This document shows positions 49,338-58,859 of a stretch of 64,000 nt of DNA, piece by piece. A program made the position numbers and the translations under genes. Below the pieces are notes generated by a model. It worked only from the letters and a program-made list of their open reading frames with translations. It searched no databases and was not told the DNA's origin. The stretch comes from Candidatus Omnitrophota bacterium (lineage in GTDB: Bacteria; Omnitrophota; Gorgyraeia; Zapsychrales; Zapsychraceae), in assembly GCA_050250375.1 (NCBI GenBank), contig JBFWOS010000002.1, forward strand, positions 645,149 to 709,148. The letters are read 5' to 3'. The number at the start of each line of letters is the position of its first letter. Position 1 is the first letter of the stretch.

Positions 49338-50198
49338 TCATTGGGGCGCCTGCAGGCCCTTCAGATTTTCTTCATATTCTTTGGAAAACGTATATTTTCC
49401 GGTGCCGGGGAGTTTTCCCAGAAGACAGAGCCCGTACCAGATCGCGCAATTGATGCTGCCGACGATGATTCCGTATTGTTTGGTGAAGGCCTCCCGTTGG
49501 GACGCTTCTTTCATGAACTGCATCAGGACCAGGCCGTCCGCCAGGGTCAGGATCACCATCACCGGAACAAACCAGCAGAAGCCGAAGACCAGGCGTTTCA
49601 TCAGGGGGCGTTTGGGCCGTTCTCCTTTTTTAAGCTGTTCCTGCATTTTTTTGATTTCCTTCAGGGCCGGGAAGTAGATCAGGTCCATCCGCTGGAAAGT
49701 GATAAAGATAATCACCGCGGCAAAAAAGCAGACACCGAGCGCGCCGGCCTCGTCCGCGGTGAACGCGCCGTCACGCATTACCAGGACCACAGGGACCACG
49801 AACGCGAGACAGACGCGCTGGGCATCGCGATACCAGCGGTATAGTTTGATCTGGGAAACCTTGTTCTCAAGGATCATGCCCCAGAAGAACGACATGGCGA
49901 ACGGGATCAGTCCGATGAAGATCCCCCACTCCTTGGGAACGTGCAGCGCGCGAAAGAGCAGCACTGTCCCGCCGACGGCGGCGTAGATCATGAGCCCCAT
50001 GACGGGATAGACCATCCAGATAAACGGCGAAACCAAAATCAGGGTGTAAGCGACGCCGGGGACTTCGACTTTCTTACCAGCGCCTCCGAGGGTGTCTTCC
50101 AACGCCTTCTGTGACTTGCCCCTGTTATACTCCCCGCTGTCCATGCCGTGGTGATACTGGCCGCCGCGGTACCCCGCATTATAGTCGTCATTGCTCAT
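49338..50198 (-). CDS. Hypothetical membrane protein
   Basis: About six TM segments. Confidence 0.75.
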   Translation of the reverse strand: MSNDDYNAGYRGGQYHHGMDSGEYNRGKSQKALEDTLGGAGKKVEVPGVAYTLILVSPFIWMVYPVMGLMIYAAVGGTVLLFRALHVPKEWGIFIGLIPFAMSFFWGMILENKVSQIKLYRWYRDAQRVCLAFVVPVVLVMRDGAFTADEAGALGVCFFAAVIIFITFQRMDLIYFPALKEIKKMQEQLKKGERPKRPLMKRLVFGFCWFVPVMVILTLADGLVLMQFMKEASQREAFTKQYGIIVGSINCAIWYGLCLLGKLPGTGKYTFSKEYEENLKGLQAPQ

Positions 50199-50303
50199 CG
50201 TTTTTCCTCAATCAAGCTTTGTTAGTTCCTTCCCGTGGTCGCCCACGGTGTATTTCGGGATATTTTACCCGAAGCCGTCCACAAACACAAGATGATAACT
50301 TTT

Positions 50304-50612
50304 TTACGGCTTCCATTGAAACCGTGCCAAATCCACACGGCCTTCCTTTGAAAACACAATCCCTTCTTTCTTCAGAAGATCCTTCTGCAGGTCAGCAAAC
50401 GGGCGTTCGCTGATTTCCCCTTGGGCGTTGATCACCCGCTGCCACGGCACGTCCGAATGTTCATCCAGGGCGCTCAGCGCGTAACCCACCCGCCGGGCTT
50501 GCCGCGGGATCCCGGCAATCGCGGCAATCTGTCCATACGTCGCCACTTGTCCGCGGCGGATTTTCCGGACAGCCGCATAAATTTTTTCGTAGGTCGTCGT
50601 CTGTTTCGTCAT
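50304..50612 (-). CDS. Alkyltransferase-like protein (ATL/YbaZ, MGMT family)
   Basis: GQVATYGQIA, ARRVG, PWQRV (Trp replaces the catalytic Cys). Confidence 0.88.
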   Translation of the reverse strand: MTKQTTTYEKIYAAVRKIRRGQVATYGQIAAIAGIPRQARRVGYALSALDEHSDVPWQRVINAQGEISERPFADLQKDLLKKEGIVFSKEGRVDLARFQWKP

Positions 50613-50623
50613 AGGTTCACGTG

Positions 50624-50677
50624 AAAAAGGTGACGGACACCGTTTTTCAATATAAAAACGGTGTCCGTCACCTTTTT
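50624..50677. repeat. 54-bp palindromic repeat, copy 1
   Basis: AAAAAGGTGACGGACACCGTTTTT-caatat-AAAAACGGTGTCCGTCACCTTTTT. Confidence 0.95.
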
Positions 50678-51315
50678 AGACACTTCTTGAGCAGCCAGAC
50701 ATTTTCTCTGGCCGGGCATTTTCCCTTTAATCCGCCCGGGATATTTGTGCTTTCCATGAACGTTAAATGATAACTGCCGTTGTAGTGTTCATGGATTTCA
50801 TCGTTGCTCACGGAAAACGGCGGGCCGTCCATCAGGGTCTGATCATACTCGAAACTTAAAAGCAGTTGCGGCGTCTTATCCGTGATTGTTTTTAAGTGTT
50901 TTGTATAACGGCCCCTCATTTCTTCGGGCAGGGCGACCAGAGCGGCCCGGTCGTAAACGGCGTCAACAGGGCCGAGCATTGTTCCGGATAATTGAAAGAT
51001 ATCCCCGACAAAGATGTCGATGTTTTCCGCGCGGTAAAGAGTCATGCCGCCAACAACGGAAATGTCCGGTTCCAATCCAAGGCCCGTAAACAGTTGTTCA
51101 ACGGCCATCCGGCTCAATTCAGCGCCGGCCACACGATAACCGTTCCTTAACAACCAGGTTATATCCAGCGTCTTGCCGCATAAGGGTAGAAAAACACGAT
51201 TGCCTTTTGATAAAGACAGGTTTTTGAAATGTTTGAGCAGCGCGGGGTTGACTTCATTGGCGTGGAAAGCGATATCATTTGTTTCCCATTTCTCATGCCA
51301 GAATTTTGAGTCCAT
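50668..51315 (-). CDS. Thiopurine S-methyltransferase
   Basis: FWHEKW..IAFH, VFLPLCGK, YDRAALVAL, GPPFSV. Confidence 0.93.
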   Translation of the reverse strand: MDSKFWHEKWETNDIAFHANEVNPALLKHFKNLSLSKGNRVFLPLCGKTLDITWLLRNGYRVAGAELSRMAVEQLFTGLGLEPDISVVGGMTLYRAENIDIFVGDIFQLSGTMLGPVDAVYDRAALVALPEEMRGRYTKHLKTITDKTPQLLLSFEYDQTLMDGPPFSVSNDEIHEHYNGSYHLTFMESTNIPGGLKGKCPARENVWLLKKCLKR

Positions 51316-51375
51316 AAAATGTGTCCAGGGTAACGGGTTATTTAGAAAACACCTGATTACAAATGGGAAGATATC

Positions 51376-51570
51376 TTAATGTTCATCATCTTCATCGGCC
51401 ATTTTTTTAAGGACGATGGCGATGGTTTCGGCATCGATTCCGGCTTCCCGCATCAGCGACCGGGCGGATTTAAGATTGTCCGCGTCAACCGCCTCAAAAA
51501 ATTCTTCCAGTTTGTCAATGCGGGCGAGCTTCTCCAACACGAGGGTGCCTTCAAAATCGTCTTCGTCCAT
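51376..51570 (-). CDS. Small acidic hypothetical protein
   Basis: 64 aa, co-oriented with neighbours. Confidence 0.7.
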   Translation of the reverse strand: MDEDDFEGTLVLEKLARIDKLEEFFEAVDADNLKSARSLMREAGIDAETIAIVLKKMADEDDEH

Positions 51571-51583
51571 AGTGTACCCGCGG

Positions 51584-51994
51584 TTATTTTTTAGATTCCA
51601 GAATGTTCTTTAACGTGCTGATATCGTTTTGAATCATGGACGCGTCGGCCTGAAACGCCGCCTCATCCATGTCCGGCTGGCGGAACAGGGTAAAAATAAC
51701 CTCGCTGCCCGGGCCGTTGGCCACCACCCGCATCGGATTATAAAACAGCACACCCGACTCCAGCTCGACTTCGTGGTCCAAGACCCCGTATTCATTCGGA
51801 GGATCGAAGCGTATTTTTATTTTGCCCATGGGGGAATCGGCAATCCATTCGCCGTTTTTCTCGGTGATCGACCCGCTTAGACCCGAGGCCCAGGCCGGCA
51901 GGTTGGCCGGGTCAGAAGCGTAGGCATAGACATCCGCGGGTCTGCGGTTGATTGAAACACTGATATGACGCGCTTCCAGTAACGTTGGTGCCAT
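51584..51994 (-). CDS. SRPBCC/polyketide cyclase family protein
   Basis: VYAYASDPANLPAWA, GVLDH, NPMRV. Confidence 0.85.
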   Translation of the reverse strand: MAPTLLEARHISVSINRRPADVYAYASDPANLPAWASGLSGSITEKNGEWIADSPMGKIKIRFDPPNEYGVLDHEVELESGVLFYNPMRVVANGPGSEVIFTLFRQPDMDEAAFQADASMIQNDISTLKNILESKK

Positions 51995-52020
51995 AACGGT
52001 CCCTCCCTTCACACGTCTTG

Positions 52021-52422
52021 TTATTTCGAAAACAACGGTTTGTATTTTTTCCAGTATCCGCTCATGGCGATGATCTGCAGGAGTCCCATCACGGCCGGCA
52101 GGACCATCTCGTTGACGCCGGGTGTTAAAAACGCGTGGTACAGAAAAATATGCAGGGTCACCGGGGCGAGGATGACCAGCGACAACGGCGCGGCCAGTCC
52201 GGTCAACAGCAGTAATCCGCCGATGACCTCGGTGATTTTAAGGAGCGGGAAAAAATACCCGGTGCCCATCATGCCCTCCATGAACGCCATGGCCGCCGGA
52301 GGCATTGCCGGCTGTTCAGGCATGGTCATCAGGCCCAATGCCATGGCCAGCCCCATCCCTCCGAAGACTAAATAAATCAAACCCAGAAGTATCCTTGCGC
52401 CTAACTGAATTTTTCGTGCCAT
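52021..52422 (-). CDS. DoxX family membrane protein
   Basis: ARILLGL, TGYFFPL, EVIGG, LAPVTLHIFLYH. Confidence 0.85.
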   Translation of the reverse strand: MARKIQLGARILLGLIYLVFGGMGLAMALGLMTMPEQPAMPPAAMAFMEGMMGTGYFFPLLKITEVIGGLLLLTGLAAPLSLVILAPVTLHIFLYHAFLTPGVNEMVLPAVMGLLQIIAMSGYWKKYKPLFSK

Positions 52423-52486
52423 TTCATTTTCCTTTATAGATGATTTCCCCGCGGTTTGTTCGTTTAAAGAAACGGCGGGACCAATT

Positions 52487-54109
52487 TTATTTAAAGACAG
52501 AATCGAACTGGTTGACCACGGCGCTGGCCTTCTGCGTCGGGTGGCCGGGCATCTTGCTGGACATCACCAGCGGTTTGCCGAATTTGTCGACCACCAGAAG
52601 TCCGGGCGTCTGGAACATGCCCAGCCCGTTCATCAGGAAATACATCCGTCCCTTCTGGTAAGCCGGCACCGTCGGCCAGGGCATGGATTCCTTTTTCATG
52701 TAGGCCAGCATCGGGGGAAGGGTGTCTTCCCACGGCCAGACCACAAAGGCAACGTCATCACGCCCGGCGAAATATTGATTGTAATGTTTCACGAACTCCG
52801 GCGTGAACGCGTGGCAGAACCCGCAGGTGGATGCCGCCATATAGAATACGTAATACTTGGCATCCTTGACGGACACGGGTTTTCCGTTTGCGTCCACGGT
52901 GTTCAGGCCTTTGAGGATTTCCGCCACCACTCCCGGTCGTTCATCCACGGGAATCGCGGCCAGTTTGCTCGCGCGGTTAAAGACATCCGTATATTTGGCG
53001 TCCATCAATAAAAGTTCGGATGAGCGCGGATCATAGACACCGACTTTGTTGTTCGCGCGCACCTCCACCAGGTCCACTTCACTGCCCTCTTTAAAGGCCA
53101 GTCTTCCAAAACTGACCGCTTCAAGGATATTTACTTTGGACGGCCACAGGGAACGGTCCTGCGCGATAATCGCAAAGGTCAGCGCGCGTTGTTCCGGCGT
53201 TAAGGTCGCCCAATTAGTGTTGGCATCCGCGAGCAGGGTGGTTTCATTGGCCGCGAATGTGAGGGTGTACCCCTTAGGCGCGAGCAGGACAACCTCAGCG
53301 GCGGTCACATCATAGACCTTCATTTTCAGCCCCGCGTTGAGCGGTTCGCCGTCCACGGTGATGCTGACCAATAATGTAGTCTGTTCCGGCCAGCGTTCCG
53401 GACGGCCGATGAGATCCCGCCAGGTCAATTTGGGGACCGGCGCGTTGTTCGCTGGAGCGGCTGTCTGATTTGTTGTTGATGCCGCAGCGGCTGGTTTTGT
53501 CTTGTCCGCGGCCGCGGTCTGGGTGTTTCCTTTGGATGTGACCGATGCCAGAATGGTCGTGAAATAATCCTTTTTATATCCGCCGTCGGCGTAAAGCTGG
53601 CCGTTTTCTTCCCAGATAAAGGTCGGCGACACCAGGCTTTGGCTGCGCCAGCCGTTTTTCTGCAGGGTCGGAATAATGCTTCCGGTCACGGCGGACTGGA
53701 CCGCGTTATAGGCATCAATGGATTCATCAGTACTGTCACCGGCCGGGGCGGTTTTTTGTTTTTTCATGAAGGCGTGGTAATCCTTGATGTTGCGCGAAAG
53801 CGCGAGCGCCGCGGTTTCATTGACCGAGCGCTGGTTCACGGGATAAAAAATGTAACGCGCCTCTACACCCGGGATCGTGCCGTTATAGTCTTTGTATAAC
53901 TGCTGGCAGTACGGACAGTCGGAAAATTCAAACACGTACAGGACCGGACCGCTGCCTTCTTTCGCGTAAGGCAGCTGTTCGAGCGTTTTTTTGAGTTTGT
54001 CCCCGCCGTTTTTGATCGGGATGCTGGCGGCCGGCGCCGCCGAAGCCAGCCGTCCCGTGATCATGACACCCGCCATGACCAGTCCGATAAGACTGATGAT
54101 TTTCTTCAT
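52487..54109 (-). CDS. Exported protein with two thioredoxin folds
   Basis: Signal peptide; CPYC..SPT; C-terminal CGFC..TPGL.VVD. Confidence 0.75.
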   Translation of the reverse strand: MKKIISLIGLVMAGVMITGRLASAAPAASIPIKNGGDKLKKTLEQLPYAKEGSGPVLYVFEFSDCPYCQQLYKDYNGTIPGVEARYIFYPVNQRSVNETAALALSRNIKDYHAFMKKQKTAPAGDSTDESIDAYNAVQSAVTGSIIPTLQKNGWRSQSLVSPTFIWEENGQLYADGGYKKDYFTTILASVTSKGNTQTAAADKTKPAAAASTTNQTAAPANNAPVPKLTWRDLIGRPERWPEQTTLLVSITVDGEPLNAGLKMKVYDVTAAEVVLLAPKGYTLTFAANETTLLADANTNWATLTPEQRALTFAIIAQDRSLWPSKVNILEAVSFGRLAFKEGSEVDLVEVRANNKVGVYDPRSSELLLMDAKYTDVFNRASKLAAIPVDERPGVVAEILKGLNTVDANGKPVSVKDAKYYVFYMAASTCGFCHAFTPEFVKHYNQYFAGRDDVAFVVWPWEDTLPPMLAYMKKESMPWPTVPAYQKGRMYFLMNGLGMFQTPGLLVVDKFGKPLVMSSKMPGHPTQKASAVVNQFDSVFK

Positions 54110-54163
54110 AACTCCTCCGTTCGTTTTAAGAAATCCGGAATATTCAAGTTCCGGTTTTATTTG

Positions 54164-54378
54164 ATTCTGCTTCGCATACCACGGTGCTTGCATCGGGGTT
54201 GGACGTCGGGCAGAATCATCTCTGCGAAGCTCGAACGTGAAAACATTCGAGCGTAGCAGGATGGGTATGCTTCGCAGAATGAACCGATTGTCCTCGAGGG
54301 CGAGGTTATTGTTTTATATGAGCGAGCTAAAGCCGTTGTCAGATACCCCGCATCTTGATGCGGGGAGCTGGGTTCATT
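54164..54378. repeat. Composite palindromic intergenic element
   Basis: Nested inverted repeats with GC-GNA-GC motifs (54164-54280); AATGAACC/GGTTCATT-bounded unit containing CCCCGCATC-tt-GATGCGGGG. Confidence 0.55.
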
Positions 54379-54411
54379 TTTCAACCGCCATTAAGTACGG
54401 GGCCCCCTGAA

Positions 54412-54924
54412 TTAGTCCACACGTTCGCCTTCGTAATAATCCACCGACGGCTGTTCCTTGATAATGAATTTCACTTTCGCGCCCATGACCCCGGTCTTGG
54501 GATCAGCGCAGCCGACCGCGGCCAATTTTTTGGAATCCGGGTAGCCGACCACTTCGGTCGAAAGAAGTGTGGACAGGCACAGATACCGCAGCGGCCCGGT
54601 TCCGGTATTTTTGATACTGTGCGCATGCTCCGGCCCGGGCGGGTACGCGATGTAATCACCGGCGCCCACGGTGACGGTATCGGCGCCGATCCGCGTTTCG
54701 CCCGTCCCTTCGAGGATGTAAACCCCTTCTTCATTCGCGCAGTGATAATGATAAGGAAAGGCGGTCTTGCCCGGCGGCACTTCATACCAGGAACAACCGA
54801 TCATGCTCCCGCCGCTCACCGGTCCGCCGACCCGTTTTCCGGTAAACGCAAACTTCGAGCCCTTGGCTTGGACCCGCGGTTCAACTTCACTGATATTGGT
54901 GATGTTAGGATGCTTCTTGCCCAT
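54412..54924 (-). CDS. Cupin domain protein
   Basis: PPGK..FPYHYH..NEE..YILEG, AHSIKN, YPDS.K. Confidence 0.9.
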   Translation of the reverse strand: MGKKHPNITNISEVEPRVQAKGSKFAFTGKRVGGPVSGGSMIGCSWYEVPPGKTAFPYHYHCANEEGVYILEGTGETRIGADTVTVGAGDYIAYPPGPEHAHSIKNTGTGPLRYLCLSTLLSTEVVGYPDSKKLAAVGCADPKTGVMGAKVKFIIKEQPSVDYYEGERVD

Positions 54925-54964
54925 CTCGTCTCTCCTAGTGATTTTAGATTAATTTTACTTATAG

Positions 54965-55708
54965 TTAATTGTCATCAAAAGCAATCCAAGGCTCTTGATA
55001 AATTTTTTTTGATTGTAAAAATTTAATTTTTGGAAATAGATTAACCATTTGGTTCAAAATTGCTGGATTAATGTTACACCCACAATAGACAGTTTTAATA
55101 TTGTCGGGCAAAAGATAGTATTCTTTGTCTTGAATGATTCGAAATTCACCTTCATACTCCCACTTCGACAATTTTGTAATTAGGGCTCTGTACGCCTGGG
55201 ATTCTCGTATTTGCGAACCTTTACCATCTAATATATCAGGAAATTCTCTTGCGTATTCCACCTCGTAAATTGACGTATTAAATTTATATTGAGTTTTATA
55301 TTTATCATCTTCATCTTTTGGTTGATTATGTGCAAAAGTAATTTCGTCATTAGGAATATCAATTTCAATTGCAATCCCAGAATGACCATTTGCATAATGG
55401 GCCCATAATAAAATGTCATTCTTATTCTTGGATAAAGCGCATACTTTTTTTGAGTATAGAATTTCCTGGAATTCTGCTGCGTACGGGTCCGAATGAGTAA
55501 TATCCTTCCAGTTTCCAAAAACAGTTCTTGTAATAACCCCATTTTCCATTTTCACAGTCCTTTCTGTGTTAGTTGAATATCGAATCAAACAATATCCTTC
55601 GAAGGGGTCATTAAATTTTCTCACATCCGAACAATGCAGACGGTTATTTATTAGAATGTCGTATACATACTGTAAGTTATCAAGTAAACGAAATTTATAA
55701 AGCTTCAT
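54965..55708 (-). CDS. DUF2971 domain protein
   Basis: LYKFR, FNDPFE, LLWAHYANGH.G, K..WEYEGEFR. Confidence 0.85.
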   Translation of the reverse strand: MKLYKFRLLDNLQYVYDILINNRLHCSDVRKFNDPFEGYCLIRYSTNTERTVKMENGVITRTVFGNWKDITHSDPYAAEFQEILYSKKVCALSKNKNDILLWAHYANGHSGIAIEIDIPNDEITFAHNQPKDEDDKYKTQYKFNTSIYEVEYAREFPDILDGKGSQIRESQAYRALITKLSKWEYEGEFRIIQDKEYYLLPDNIKTVYCGCNINPAILNQMVNLFPKIKFLQSKKIYQEPWIAFDDN

Positions 55709-55783
55709 AGTGTCCAGCCATAGTTTCCATGCGCTTCTCGGTACACGTCCCGTAATTCCGGAGACACATCCTTAAAAAATACC

Positions 55784-55827
55784 GGGGACAGCATACTTAA
55801 TTACCCATAATTATATATTGTGTCCCC
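55784..55827. repeat. GGGGACA...TGTCCCC REP-like palindrome
   Basis: GGGGACAgcatacttaatt-acccat-aattatatattgTGTCCCC; degenerate relatives at 56481, 57229, 58304, 59760. Confidence 0.7.
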
Positions 55828-55859
55828 AGAGTTCTTAAAAGTTTGCGGATTACTAATAT

Positions 55860-56474
55860 TTAATCAGCATTAACCTCTTCTTCTGTAGGAAAATTTGAAA
55901 ATCTCTTGTTATATTTACGGACATCTTTTTGTGTCCAGAAAATATCTTTAACATTACGTATTCTTTTAAATTCATTTATCAAAGCAGCTGATAATCGGGT
56001 ATTATATTTTTTCGCCATTTTTAAAAATACGAGATCTTTTAACAAATAAACTTCGGTTCTGCCTCCCTTATATTTTGTCAATATCTCTAATATCTTATCA
56101 ATTGGAAGTTTCCCCTTTGGTTCAAGGTACAATACCATTTTATTCGAAGCAAATTTCTTTGTATCTTTATTAATCTTGTTGCACGTTTCAAAGACGACCT
56201 GAACAGCTTTTTTCAGCGGTATGTTGAAGAATTCTCTTTTTTTATTTATTCGGTTTAAATCTAATCTTTTGTGAATTAAGTTTTCAGCTAAAATCGAATC
56301 AAAAACATCTTCCTCATAAAGAACTTCAAATTCGGAAGGTATGCCAGTACCTGAAGAAATTTCTTTTGCTCGTGTCTCCGAAATCCTACTCGTTCTCCCA
56401 ATTTTAATGATGGCATCCTTGTGATAAGGATTACGCAATATATAAATTTTACCTGCCTTCTTATTATTCATCAA
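55860..56474 (-). CDS. GIY-YIG nuclease (T5orf172 family) with extra C-terminal domain
   Basis: GKIYIL.N..IKIGRT..R..E..TGIP..F..E..IH..L...R....EFF. Confidence 0.85.
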   Translation of the reverse strand: MMNNKKAGKIYILRNPYHKDAIIKIGRTSRISETRAKEISSGTGIPSEFEVLYEEDVFDSILAENLIHKRLDLNRINKKREFFNIPLKKAVQVVFETCNKINKDTKKFASNKMVLYLEPKGKLPIDKILEILTKYKGGRTEVYLLKDLVFLKMAKKYNTRLSAALINEFKRIRNVKDIFWTQKDVRKYNKRFSNFPTEEEVNAD

Positions 56475-56495
56475 ACTCTTGGATTCCCAGAATTT

Positions 56496-57218
56496 TTAAT
56501 CCGCCATCAGAATTTTCAACATTTTTGGATAATTGTTAATGAATTCTTTAGTCACCTGATAATGCTCTGTTTTGGTGTAATCAATATTTTTGATCCCGGA
56601 TTCTTCCAGAACAAAGATGCATGAATCGGGATAGGCCATAAGTATCGGCGAATGAGTTGCAATAATAAATTGGGAATTCTGGCTGACAAGATCATGGATT
56701 CTTGAAATCAAGGCCAGTTGTCGTGACGGGGATAAGGCCGCTTCAGGTTCATCAAGTATATAAAGACCGTTTCCACTAAAACGGTTTAAAACCAGCGACA
56801 TAAACGATTCTCCATGGGATTGATCATGGAGGGCCTTGTCCCCATAACTATCCCCTACGCCCAATTTTTTAACTTCCGAGGCCACATTATAAAAACTTTC
56901 GGCCCGAAGAAAATATCCGTCTTTAGCGTGACTTGTTCCTTTCGACAATCTCAGGCACTTATACAGATCAGAATGTGTCGATTGTGTCGAAAAATTAAAA
57001 TTTTTCGATCCGCCTTCAGCGTTAAATCCCCATGAAATCGCGATGGCCTCAAGAAGAGTTGATTTGCCTGAACCATTTTCACCCACAATAAATGTAACAT
57101 GTGGGTGGAATTCCAGATTGTCCAGATAACGTACCGCTGGAAGATGAAAAGGAAATTCCTTGAAGGAACTTACTTTGTCTTTTAAAAGTTCTGCTTTTAA
57201 TAAATATTGTGTGCGCAT
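56496..57218 (-). CDS. ABC/AAA-type ATPase (COG3910-like)
   Basis: GENGSGKST, FLRAES, SHGE, LDEPEAALS, ATHSP. Confidence 0.88.
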   Translation of the reverse strand: MRTQYLLKAELLKDKVSSFKEFPFHLPAVRYLDNLEFHPHVTFIVGENGSGKSTLLEAIAISWGFNAEGGSKNFNFSTQSTHSDLYKCLRLSKGTSHAKDGYFLRAESFYNVASEVKKLGVGDSYGDKALHDQSHGESFMSLVLNRFSGNGLYILDEPEAALSPSRQLALISRIHDLVSQNSQFIIATHSPILMAYPDSCIFVLEESGIKNIDYTKTEHYQVTKEFINNYPKMLKILMAD

Positions 57219-57300
57219 ATTCGATCTTGGGACACATACCGTAACCCGAACGGATTAGGGTTCAGGTGTGTGTTCCCGGAATTACCACAGAATTAAAGTA

Positions 57301-58206
57301 TTATTTTTTTTCGATTCCATAGTGCATCATTTGAACATCAATCGGTTCTGGTTTGGTTGAGTTTGTCATTAAAGAGACTATAGCCATCAAAGATGTTGTG
57401 TCAGGTACAACAAATGAACTTTCCAAAGTCAAAGCTCCTTTATTCTCGTGAATGACCATACTCTTAAATGAAACTATCATGTCCGATAAGTTTGAATTTT
57501 GTTCCCCTTTTTGAACTGTCAACATTAGTTTGGCAGGAACTATTTCAACCTCATAGTTTATCTGGAATGTCATCTTTATTGTATCCCCAACATATAAGAT
57601 TTTCTGAGATTCTGGAGAATAAGACAATATTCGCAGAGATCCGTTCGTGTTTGAATAGTTTTGAATTGATATTTGTCGGGGTTCCTGTATGGAATTAGTA
57701 TCAATATCATTTCCGTTTTCATCTACAACCTTATATGCCCGCATGTCATTAACTGAAGTTTTGTTATTACCAGCCATTAATAATGGAATAATAACCATGA
57801 CGGCTCCAGTTTTGGGTACTCTAAACTCTTGTTGGATTTTTGTAACTCCAGAATGGTTGGTAAGTACAACCGTTTTACTAGCAATTAAAACATTAGAAAA
57901 ATTTTCAGTTAATTCACCTTTTTGAATATTTAAGGAAATTACAGCATTTGGATTTTGAACTTTATATTCAAGTTCCACTTCGAATTGAACAGTTTGTCCC
58001 ATGATAAGTGGCGAAGAAGGGTCAGGCGAAATTGAAATTATCCTCAGTGCGTTTCCGTTTTCATCGTTAAGTGAACCTTCCCCGCAGCCGTAAAGAGCAT
58101 ATGCGAAGTTTATGCAAAAGCCAGAAATTAAGATATGTAAAAGAAATGTTAGGATTGACCTATTTACCATTGGAATCATTCGTCCAGAGTCGCGGGTTTT
58201 ATTCAT
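57301..58206 (-). CDS. Exported hypothetical protein with two tandem beta-rich domains
   Basis: LRIISISP..QKGE..F.VP.T repeated as LRILSYSP..QKGE..F.VP.T. Confidence 0.7.
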   Translation of the reverse strand: MNKTRDSGRMIPMVNRSILTFLLHILISGFCINFAYALYGCGEGSLNDENGNALRIISISPDPSSPLIMGQTVQFEVELEYKVQNPNAVISLNIQKGELTENFSNVLIASKTVVLTNHSGVTKIQQEFRVPKTGAVMVIIPLLMAGNNKTSVNDMRAYKVVDENGNDIDTNSIQEPRQISIQNYSNTNGSLRILSYSPESQKILYVGDTIKMTFQINYEVEIVPAKLMLTVQKGEQNSNLSDMIVSFKSMVIHENKGALTLESSFVVPDTTSLMAIVSLMTNSTKPEPIDVQMMHYGIEKK

Positions 58207-58337
58207 TTCGTAACCGCCTACAAAAAGGTGACGGCCTTTTTACATTGGTGATATTAGGATGCTTCTTGCCCATCACTTCTCCCCTCCGTTTGGATAAGAT
58301 TCTTGTGTCCCCGGAAATTCTAAGTTATTTTTCGATG

Positions 58338-58781
58338 TTAATTTTTTGAAATATTTTCAATCTCAATTTTTAAAGTCGTCAGGGTCAGCCGTATATCGAG
58401 CATGAAAAGCGACAGCGAGATGATCAGAGAAATAAGGCTCACCGCGAAAATAATCTCAATGGTCACATTTAAATTGACCCCGAAAACGATGGATAAAAAC
58501 AGCAAAAGCACATCGAGCGCCACACAGGCAATGCTGAAGACCAGCAGGGCGATCGCGCTGCGCAGATACCGGCAGCGGTTGTAAATGATGGTGATCTGTT
58601 CTTTTAAAAATCGTTTATCAGCGTCTTTGGCTGCGGCGGTTTCTCTGATCAGGAAGCGCACCCGATCGCTGGCGCGGCCCAGGCGGTTGGTCATGGTCAA
58701 TAAAAGAAAACCAAAGCCTGAGATCAGCAAACACGGCGCCACAGACGCCTGCAGGGTTTTAATGATACTATCGGTGTACAT
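58338..58781 (-). CDS. DUF2721 family membrane protein
   Basis: LQASVAPCLLISG.G.LLLTMTNRLGR..DR. Confidence 0.85.
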   Translation of the reverse strand: MYTDSIIKTLQASVAPCLLISGFGFLLLTMTNRLGRASDRVRFLIRETAAAKDADKRFLKEQITIIYNRCRYLRSAIALLVFSIACVALDVLLLFLSIVFGVNLNVTIEIIFAVSLISLIISLSLFMLDIRLTLTTLKIEIENISKN

Positions 58782-58859
58782 ATTTGCTTCCTTTTAAACA
58801 ATGCGGTAATTTTAAACAGTTAAACGCCAAACATTTTTTTAATTAATAAGGCTGCCTAT

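Larger units (their letters stand above)
54895..58274. mobile_element. Putative inserted island bounded by 31-bp direct repeats
   Basis: ATTGGTGAT(G/A)TTAGGATGCTTCTTGCCCATC at 54895-54925 and 58244-58274; AT-rich interior. Confidence 0.6.

Noticed and set aside
54130-54400. tRNA or tmRNA in the structured intergenic region
   Set aside because: No cloverleaf, T-loop or CCA end recognised.
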